This document shows positions 54,207-64,000 of a stretch of 64,000 bases of DNA, one piece after another; positions within the stretch are counted from its first letter, which is position 1; every line of letters begins with the position of its first letter. The stretch lies in contig OX597833.1 in assembly GCA_951406725.2 (NCBI GenBank), forward strand, positions 17,546,001 to 17,610,000, written 5' to 3'. Position numbers and translations under genes: made by a program. This DNA comes from Octopus vulgaris. Its lineage: Eukaryota. The notes below the pieces were generated by a model. The model worked only from the letters and a program-made list of their open reading frames with translations. It was not told the origin of the DNA and made no database searches.

Positions 54207-54577
54207 TTGTTTAGAATGGAGCAAGATAAAGTTATATGCAGAAATACAATTACTTTGATAGATACACATTTGAAAATGGTTTTGTTTCATTGGTCCTTTC
54301 AATTTACTGTGTTTTCATTAAAATGTTGCATAAAATAACAAATCGTGGTTTAAAATCATATTATTAGATAGAGGTAGAGAGAGTGCAGTAATGGAGTTCC
54401 AATAAGTATCTAACGAAGGTTAGACACTTCGTTCAACTTCCGAAACGTACACATATAAAATGCGCACATAAAATTACATGAATATCTACATAAATACAAA
54501 TATACATACAAATACACACACACACACACACATACACACACACACACACACACATAGGCACGCATACAAATATACAA

Positions 54578-54628
<51 letters not shown>

Positions 54629-54677
54629 GTATTGAGTACCTTATTTACTGTGGTTAACCCCGACTCAACCCGGGACC

Positions 54678-54708
<31 letters not shown>

Positions 54709-55379
54709 TCTTTCTATCTGTACAGTTATATGTTTGCAATCGCATGTGTGTGCGCGTGCGAGTTTGTGTCTCTGCGGGTATTTGTCCCGAGCACCAAAGA
54801 GTACTCCCACTAAACCAAGCGCCCAAATAGCTACACCCAGTTGTCTCAACCCGTTAGAGCGGATAAGACACGGTTTACCAATTCAGTAAAGAGTGCTGAA
54901 ATCCATTCAACCGTTCTTGGTCCACTGCTAGATAAAGTCTCAGCATGCTAGAACAGTTTTATATACATTACCTCGAAACTCTGACTAATTACTAATTAGT
55001 TAGTATTTTATGAAATTAGTAACATGAGTCTCGCTATATTCGTCCAAATAGTTGGCCTTAGTTTTTATTTTTAAAGCCACATACTGTTTACTTCAGTATG
55101 TGGTTCTTAGAAGAGTTTTTTGTTTGGGATATGATGACGGAAATTCTATATTGGTAATACTATTATACCAAATACTACTAATAACGTCAATCGAGCGATT
55201 GGTGGGCTATACATGGATGTAATGTATATGTTGCTACTGATAAGCTTAAAGTTTACTAAAGCGGCATGTGGGTGGCTTTATATGCAAGAGAATTAGTTTA
55301 AATACTCGTAGCCAAAAGAGTTTATAAGACTTCTTAAGTCGCAAATAGGTAACTTGAGATAAATGTTTCTCTTTCACGT

Positions 55380-55419
<40 letters not shown>

Positions 55420-56015
55420 CACATACACATACATACATACAAGGCAATGCAGTACTAAACAATCACTACATACTATAATGATCGTGCGGTATGTGATTAT
55501 TGCTGCACTTATATATATAATATATATATATGTGTGTATGTGTGCGTGTATGTATGTATATGTATATAACGGTATTTTTTCATAGCGTTTTTTCAGATGG
55601 CCAGATAACCGAAGAGATGGTGTTGTGGATTTCCACTTCGGCATCTTGACTATTGAGTAATTGTAACATATTATTTTATAGATAAATTTCCTCTATTTAC
55701 ATAATATTGAGATCTCTTTCTTTCTTTTGTTATCTTACCGTTTTTACCAATATACATATATATATATGTATATATAAATAGATGTGCATGTGTATATATA
55801 TGTATATATAAATAGATGTGTACATATATACATATGCATATATATATATATATATATGTGTACATATATATATATATGTAGTGACCGCGTGTACATATAT
55901 GTGTACATATATATATATATGTGTACATATATATATATATATGTAGTGACCGCGTGTTTACCGTTGGCGATTTTTTTCCTCCGTCTTCCTTTCTTTGGAT
56001 CTTTACTTTTTCTAT

Positions 56016-56050
56016 GTTTCTGACGAAGAGCTCCGCTCGAAACGTTAAAC
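56016..56050 (+). ncRNA. Minimal hammerhead ribozyme motif with canonical core, within a ~215 bp (TA)n-flanked repeat (55945-56160)
   Basis: GTTT-CTGACGA-A-GAGC-TCC-GCTC-GAAA-CG-TT-AAAC. Confidence 0.75.
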
Positions 56051-56235
56051 CCTCCTTCTTTCCTTGTTTCCTGAGCGTCCAATAATACTATACTTGTTCC
56101 ACGTCCTCGCGTTTTTGTTGTGTTTTCTCTTTGTGTTTTCATGTTTGGATTAACTTTAACTACATATATATATATACATATATATGTATATATAGGTATA
56201 TATATATAGCATATAAATATATGTGTATATATATG

Positions 56236-56281
<46 letters not shown>

Positions 56282-56349
56282 TATATATATAGGTATATAT
56301 ATATAGCATATAAATATATGTGTATATATATGTATATATATATATAAAT

Positions 56350-56406
<57 letters not shown>

Positions 56407-56408
56407 AA

Positions 56409-56465
<57 letters not shown>

Positions 56466-56583
56466 GTGTATATATAGGTATATATATGTACTTACATATA
56501 TATACACACATATCCGCACTCACTCATGCATACACACATATATATTCTATATGTATGTATGTTTATATGTATGTATACATATG

Positions 56584-56664
<81 letters not shown>

Positions 56665-57059
56665 ATGTGTCACTATAAAAACAATGGAAATGTTACAAAT
56701 ACTAAAAAATAATGCTTTCTTTGAAAAACAATCTCTAAATGAGAGAAAACTTGTTCTAATTACAACCTTAATAATTTGATTTAATGGCGAAAATAAATTT
56801 GCGAATAACAAACTTTGAAATTATCAAAATCACTATAAAAATATGATTAATCAGAATCCTTTGAACTAATAGAATAAAGCTTATTAGAAGCTGTGTGTTT
56901 ACCAATTAAGATACCTTTAGTACACATTTTATTACAAAATGAGAACATGAGACGACCAAATTGTACTTAAGTTCGTGTTTTTACTTGATTGCACCAACGC
57001 GCTGCTCGTGCACATATAATCAAGTAAGAAAATGGAAATCTTTTGGTATTATATATAGA

Positions 57060-58191
57060 CTAGCAGCATAGCCCGGCGTTGCCCGGGTATGTAAGAGCCC
57101 CTAGTAGGCAACGACAAATCCCAATCTAGTCATTTCCCTCTAGGGAACGAAGGCGCATGTGTAAGTTGCAATGTCTTCTCTTCTCTCCCAAATAACTATC
57201 AAACAGCTATCGATAATTCAACCCAACCAATTGCTACCAGGAAGAAATTACATTCGAGACTTTACCCCCAGCACCGCCACTTCTGCTAATAGCTGCTGCA
57301 GCCGCAAGTTATTCGAATACTATTTTTGTTTAAACTTTCTTTATAACTACCACCCCAAACCTTAAATTTTTGACGTACCCTAAGGGTCCTCGGACGCTAC
57401 TTGCAAACTCTTGGTTTATTATAAACCGCTTTTGTCGTGTGCACCAAAAAACCTTTTCCATTCGTTTGTTCAGTTTGGTCACTTTTGACTTTTTCGTTGT
57501 TGCCACTCACATTGCTGCCCGCTTTTTTGCCGTTTTTGTACATTTTTATACATTTTGGGATACTTACTCCACGTTTTCCGAGAGTTAAAAAGGTCGAGTT
57601 GCGTCCCCTAGACAGTCTGTGGTTTGTGTTTAATACACAAATCGGTTTGCTATGTGTGCCACATATGATTTAATTAACCGATTTTTTCCAGTAATAAAGT
57701 ATCCTATTGAAATAAAAAGGAGCAGACATGATGCTCGCTGTGCATTTTAAAAAAAATTCCTGCCAATTTGTGAAAGATATTGTCGAAAATATGTCATCTT
57801 GAATTTGAACGCGATTTCCCAAAATGGTATGGTTTTATCGATTTTTTCTGATGGTAAGGTATTGCATGGAAAGCTAACGTCAGAATTAAGTTTCTTAGGG
57901 TAACATTAAGCTTCACCATGAGTTTGGTGAAAAGCGATTGCAAGTTGCGGAAACTACAACAGAAAATGTGTTGCATATAAAAAGCTTAGATCCTCGACCC
58001 CATGTCGAATTTATCCATTTTTTTCAGAACTGGGGGAACTTTTCAAAATTTTCGCTGCGTTAGTTTTGAATTAGGACATTGGGCTATTTGTGTGTCAAGT
58101 TTCATCAGAATCGGTTGAAAGCCGTGGTCAAGATGAGGGTACAACCTGACAGACACACAGACAGACAAACTGCCGTTTATATAGAGAGAGA
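57060..58191 (-). mobile_element. Non-autonomous Helitron, second family (~1.1 kb)
   Basis: Minus strand reads A|TCTCTCTCTATATAAACGGCAG, (CTGT)n near the 5' end, and 3' CCCGG-GCAACG-CCGGG-CTATGCTG-CTAG|T. Confidence 0.85.
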
Positions 58192-58426
58192 TGCAACCAA
58201 AATATTTCCTTTTTCTTATCTTATTGTAAATTAACTCTGCAAATAGTTTTGGGGGTTTTTTCTTCCATATTCCTCAATTTTAAAATGCACTTTGACGCAC
58301 ATACAGCACCAACTATGGATACGTATTAATTGCAATGTCGGAATAAGCAGATGGGTTTCAAGGAGAAACAGCAGGGATCTAACCTAACTTGTATGTATGT
58401 ATGTATGTATGGATAGATAGATAGAC

Positions 58427-58494
<68 letters not shown>

Positions 58495-58817
58495 TTAAAA
58501 ATAAGGATTACTCCGAAGTAGCAACAGCATTACCTTTAATTCTACAATTATATACTGTCTTTTAAGACCAACACATGTTTTAATTGCACCGATTAGTAAT
58601 CGTTGCAACTGCAATCCTACAATAAAACGGTGCAGTCTCTTCAGGGTCTTAACTTGATATCCCTCGGTATGATCGTTTAATGATTTTCTTTTCTAAACTT
58701 TGAGTTGTATAATGTAGAGTTGTCCGTTAAGACAGACGAGAATGATTATCAAGTTCTTATGGGATAATCATTTTCGGTCCTTCATTCCAAAACCTTGCAT
58801 AGTTTAAATGATAATAC

Positions 58818-58893
<76 letters not shown>

Positions 58894-58904
58894 ATATATA
58901 TATA

Positions 58905-59010
58905 CAGCGACATCCAGGAATTCGGGCATTGATATCTTCAACGGATAATCGTCATTGTTGAAGCAAAAGACCAGATAGGGGCGTAATATGGAATGTGTTA
59001 AGTCACCAGT
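58905..59010 (-). pseudogene. Possible mariner transposase scrap
   Basis: LTHS..PYLVFC..DYPLKISMPEFLD loosely resembles HPPYSPDLAP.DY.LF.SM..FL. Confidence 0.3.
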
Positions 59011-59086
59011 GTTTTGTCCGTTGCCTTGCAAATTTCATATTGTGTCTACAAATCGAGATTAACTCTGTCTTTCTGTTCATTATTTT

Positions 59087-59407
59087 GTGAAGGCGAGTGG
59101 CTTAGTGGTTTGGGGCATTTCGCTCATGATCGTAAGGTCGGGAGTTCAATTCCCGGCGGCGCGTTGTGTCCTTGAGCAAGACACTTTATTTCCCATTGCT
59201 CAGTCCACTCAGCTGGCAAAAATGAGTAGTACCTGTATTTCAAAGGGCCAGCCTTGCCACGCTTTGTGTCACGCTGAATCTCCCCGAGAACTACGTCAAG
59301 GGTACACGTGTTGTAGAGTGCTCAGCCACTTACACGTTAATTTCACGAGCAAGCTGTTCCGTTGATCGTATCAGCTGGGACCCTCGTCGTCGCAACCGAC
59401 GGAGTGA
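59087..59407 (+). mobile_element. SINE family D, full length
   Basis: TGGCTTAGTGG A box, GAGTTCAATTCC B box, GTCCTTGAGCAAGACAC, (CTA)n tail. Confidence 0.88.
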
Positions 59408-59460
59408 TCCTACTACTACTAGCTGGGTTTGTAGTTTATGATACAGTATTTCTGTTAAAC

Positions 59461-59765
59461 GTGGAGGCGCAATCGCCCAGTGGTTGGGGCAGCAGACTCG
59501 CGGTCGGAGGATCGCGGTTTCGATTCCCAGACCGGCCGTTGTGTGTGTTTATTGAGCGAAAACACCTAAAATCTCCACGAGGCTCCGGCAGGGATGGTGG
59601 TGACCCCTGTTGTACTATTTGGACACAACTTTCTCTCACTCTTTCTTCCTATTTCTTGAGTAATGCTGCAATAGACTGGCGTCCAAGCCAGATGTGGGGA
59701 ACACATACGCCACAGAAACCGGGAAACTGGGCCCATGAGCCTGGCTAGGCTTGAAAAGGGCAACG
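59461..59765 (+). mobile_element. SINE family C relative
   Basis: Same head and GAGCGAAA..CTCCACG..GCTCCGGCAG / GAAACCGGGAAAC motifs; the middle differs. Confidence 0.8.
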
Positions 59766-60446
59766 TTTCGTTTCTATTTCTGATAAATATGAACTGTACC
59801 ATTTTAAACTATTACTGAATTGGCTTTGTGCAAATTAGACAATGTGATATTTATGGATTCATTCAATTTTTCTTTTGTCAGATGGGCAATGTAGTATTTT
59901 CGTTTTGACAGCCCTTAAAAGAGATCCGGCGTTGTTATAGTCCAGCTTTTACGCGTGTTTTCTTTTATACTGTACCACCGGGTTATATTCTATTGTAGTG
60001 ACCTGACACACCGCTTCAAAATAAAGCTAACTTAAGAAGCTGACTACTAATACAGTATTCCAAGTACTGCAGTATCGCTTTCGTAACACATGTAATAAAA
60101 GAAAATACAACATTGCAAATCGACCCCAGGACTTATTCTTTCGTTCACTTTTGCCGAACCGCAAAACATACCAGCCCTGAACGAGACATCAGACCATCGC
60201 AGAGTTACTCATTTTTTTCTTGTGTAGACTTGAACAATATGAAAGGAAGCGTTTTGCTCAAGAACTCAACGCACCGCCAGATCTGGGGAACGAAACCATG
60301 ATCTTGCGATATTGAGTGCAACACCTTAACCACTAAGCCAAGCGCCTTCATTCCACATTAGGTTGTTGCGTCTTGGTTCTTGAATAGTAGTGTGAAACCA
60401 TTGTAGAGAAGGAAGTAACGGGCATTAAATATATACATATATAAAT

Positions 60447-60873
60447 ACTCTTTTACTTGTTTCACTCATTTGACTGTGGCCATGCTGGAGTACCGCCTTT
60501 AGTCGAGCAAATCGATCCCAGGACTTATTCTTTGTAAGCCTAGTACTTATTCTATCGTTCAATTTTGCCGAACCGCTAAGTTACGGGGACGTAAACACAC
60601 CAGCATCGGTTGTCAAGCGATGTCGGGGGGGGGGGACAAACACAGACTCACAAGCATATACACACACATACATATATACTTATATATATATATATATATA
60701 CATATATACGACGGGTTTATTTCAGTTTCCGTCTACCAAATCCATTCACAAGGCTTTGGTCGGCCCGAGGCTGTAGCAGAAGACACTTGCCCAAGGTGCC
60801 ACGCAGTGGGACTGAACCCGGAACCATGTGGATGGTAAGCAAGCTACTTACCACACAGCCACTCCTACGCCTA
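60447..60873 (-). mobile_element. SINE family A
   Basis: Consensus match. Confidence 0.92.
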
Positions 60874-60877
60874 CATA

Positions 60878-60909
<32 letters not shown>

Positions 60910-61017
60910 CTTTATTTTAAGCAGCAGAAAATTCAACAAAATCTGTTACTCTGAGTTTCTCGTTGCCGTTCATCAGAGTAACAGATTTTGTTGAATTTTC
61001 TGCTGCTTAAAATAAAG
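60910..61017. repeat. Perfect 45 bp inverted repeat with an 18 nt loop containing a hammerhead core
   Basis: Arms 60910-60954 and 60973-61017. Minus strand reads CTGATGA-ACG-GCAA-CGA-GAAA-CTCAGAG-TA. Confidence 0.9.
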
Positions 61018-61086
61018 CATATTACTCTACCACTGGTATTTGAGTACTCTTTTTTCCACCTTGTTTCACATTTATGTGTTTACTCC

Positions 61087-61135
<49 letters not shown>

Positions 61136-61314
61136 CGTATGTTATACATTCGTAAAGTCTCACTGCCAGTGGCTTTTCAACATTTTAATGTTTACACAAA
61201 AAAAGAAGCAGGGATCTAACCACCATATTGTTTACAACACACACGTGTTTGCATGAAACTAAATATATAGGCATATGCATTTATGTGTATAAACAAACAA
61301 AGACCCTGTGTGCG

Positions 61315-61352
<38 letters not shown>

Positions 61353-61671
61353 CGGGATATTCAATGCTTGAATAATGGGGACTGGTCGTTTTTATTTTCA
61401 TTTTTAACCTTGCCAAAGGGTAGGTGACTAGCAAAACGAAATGCGCCATTCATATGGTTGAAGTTGAACCAGATGTACTCTACATACTAACTAACAGATC
61501 ACACTGCACGAAGGAGGGAAGGCATCGGGCTTAAACATCAAACGACTAAAGTAGTTTAGAATCAAGGGCTTAAAACATAATACCGAAAGCTGACTTGCCT
61601 AAGACTGCGTCATAGATTTGAAGTAAACTTATGTAAATCAACAATAAGTTACGCCTGGGCATGTGCACCTA

Positions 61672-62085
61672 TACTCTTTTTTTTACTCTTTTACTTGTTT
61701 CAGTCATTTGACTGCGGCCATGCTGGAGCACCGCCTTTAATCGAGCAACTCTACCCCGGGACTTATTCTTTGTAAGCCCAGTACTTATTCTATCGTTCTC
61801 TTTTTGCCGAACCGCTAAGTGACGGGGACGTAAACACACCAGCATCGGTTGTCAAGCAATGCTAGGGGGACAAACACAGACACACAAACACACACACACA
61901 TATATATATATACATATATACGACAGGCTTCTTTCAGTTTCCGTCTACCAAATCCACTCACAAGGCATTGGTCGGCCCGGGGCTATAGCAGAAGACACTT
62001 GCCCAAGATGCCACGCAGTGGGACTGAACCCGGAACCATGTGGTTGGTTAGCAAGCTACTTACCACACAGCCACTCCTGCACCTA
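61672..62085 (-). mobile_element. SINE family A
   Basis: Close match to 1872-2297. Confidence 0.92.
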
Positions 62086-62520
62086 TGTATGTTTATGCAT
62101 AGACAAGGATATGTATAGCTTTGTAAAGAATGATTCAGCGAAGTATGATAACGGAGAAGGCTTCGTAAGGTTCAGTGAATGTCAAATAAATTCTGACTGT
62201 GCCATGCTAATGTGAATGACATAATATACGTAATCAGATGGGTTAATACTCCTCTTATTGTATTTCTGTTGAAATACATTTTGAAAATAAGGAAGAATTT
62301 AGTAAAATTTTCTCATCACGCTGGTAACTTATGTGTAAATGCACATACTATTTCTAGAGGAAATTTTCAATTAGAGTCTTTTAAAACGGGAATTTTATAC
62401 CATAGAACTTAAGGGCGGTTTGAGGCGGTTTGGGGCGGTTTGGTATCGAAAGGGTGTAAAGTTTTCTGCCATTTTTTTTAACTGCTAAGCTTGCACGTTA
62501 ACCTTTAAAAATTTGACCAG

Positions 62521-62860
62521 GTAAAGGGTAAAGACCCCCTTTGGTCATGAATGACCATGGGATTGCACCTAGAAAGTTCCCTTGTGAGGCACAAGTCTAG
62601 GTAAAGTTGTTTATGGAAGACCAGCAGTTGGCCATGCATACCAACCTCCTCTCTCCATGCCACCAGTGTTGTCCAAGGGAAAGCCAAGGGCCGATACAGC
62701 TTAGCATTAGTGACGTCGCAACTCATTTCTACAGTTGAGTGAACTGAAGCAACGTAAAATAAAGTGTCTTGCTCTAAAACGTAACACACAGCCCGGTCGG
62801 GGAATCGAACTCACTACCTCATGATTGTGAGCCCGATGCTCTAACCACTGAGCCATGCAC
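62521..62860 (-). mobile_element. SINE family E, full length
   Basis: Minus strand has TGGCTCAGTGG A box, GAGTTCGATTCC B box and TTTACCCTTTAC tail. Confidence 0.88.
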
Positions 62861-63018
62861 GCAACAAAACAAATCAACTAGTTACTGATTTAGGCTGGAG
62901 GAGTCGGCATAAATGTAGAAGGCAGCGTTCAAAAATATTTTTAAACAGCCCTTAACGCCTGCACGTCTGATGGTGACGGCACTACCTTGATATGAACATA
63001 TATATGTATGTATTTATG

Positions 63019-63052
<34 letters not shown>

Positions 63053-63339
63053 TGTATGTACGTATGCATAAAATACTGAACTGGCTATGGATACTCACTA
63101 TACCTGTTAGGTACAGCGGATGTGTTTATTAGAAGCAAAAGCCCCACAAAAGGCTCATCTGTTTTAACGAGTCTAGATTCAAGTTATCAGGAGCGTATTG
63201 GATGTCCATGCGTATATGACTCTAATGCAGTGGGTAGCTGGATATGCCTGACGTTACATATCATAATCACCCTTTGTGTAATTACTCTATCTGACAAACT
63301 TGATGATGTTGAAGTGCAAACGTCATCTAATGTCTTTTT

Positions 63340-63980
63340 TCTCTCTTATTTGTTTCAGTCACTGGGCCGCAGTCACGCTGAAGTGCCACCTTGAAGGTTT
63401 TTAGTCGAACAATTTCCCCCTGTAATATTTTTTAAGCCTGGTGTATATTCCACCGGTCTCTTTTGCTGAACTAATAAGTAACAGGTTCATAAACAACCAA
63501 CACCAGTTATCAAGCGGTTGTTTGTTTGTTCCTTCTCGAGCCATGTCTGGCTCATAAGGGCCGGTTTCCCGGTTTCCTTGGCGTATAGGTTCCCCACTTG
63601 GACAGGACACCGGTCCGTCGCAGGTGAGCTGCAAGATGCAGGAGGAAAGAGTGAGAGAAAGTTTGGCGAAAGAGTCAGCAGAAGTTCGCCATTACCTCCT
63701 GCCGGAGCCGCGTGCAGCTTAGGTGTTTCGCTCAGAAACACACACATCGCCCGGTCTGAGATTCGAACCCGTGATCCCTCCACCGCGAGTCTGCTGCTCT
63801 AACCACTAGGCCATGTGCCTCCACAGTTATCAAGCGGTGGTGAGGAAGAAACACAAACATGCACATATACATATACACTCATACACTTACATGCATACTT
63901 CTACTGACAAGGCTTTGGTTGGCCATGAGCTATAGGAGAAAACGTTTAGCCAATGTGCTGCGCATTGGGACCGAACCGAA
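63340..63980 (-). mobile_element. Old SINE family A interrupted by a family C copy
   Basis: Family A pieces lie on both sides of 63519-63823. Confidence 0.75.
63519..63823 (-). mobile_element. SINE family C, full length, 15 bp TSD
   Basis: CAGTTATCAAGCGGT at 63504-63518 and 63824-63838. Confidence 0.92.
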
Positions 63981-64000
63981 GATGAATGTTAGAATATAGT

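Overview
This is a eukaryotic, AT-rich, extremely microsatellite-dense window with no recognisable host protein-coding gene. The repeat families look to me like those of an octopus or other cephalopod genome (from recall, not a database check). Nearly every ORF in the track is a translated microsatellite or SINE. The window contains: at least five tRNA-type SINE families (about 50 copies or fragments, some multimeric, nested or flanked by target-site duplications, TSDs); three non-autonomous Helitrons; mariner-, pogo- and hAT-type MITEs; and decayed coding remnants of Tc1, RTE, CR1/L2, a restriction-like-endonuclease (RLE) retrotransposon and Penelope-like elements (PLEs). The main signal is about 12 minimal type-I hammerhead ribozyme (HHR) motifs from about 9 short sequence families with no obvious mutual similarity, many sitting in or beside (TA)n tracts. 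Across families the catalytic 3-8 base pair covaries (C3-G8, G3-C8, U3-A8). Two families occur in inverted (foldback) arrangements, and one motif lies next to a PLE ORF remnant. All coordinates were read by eye and may be off by a few bases.
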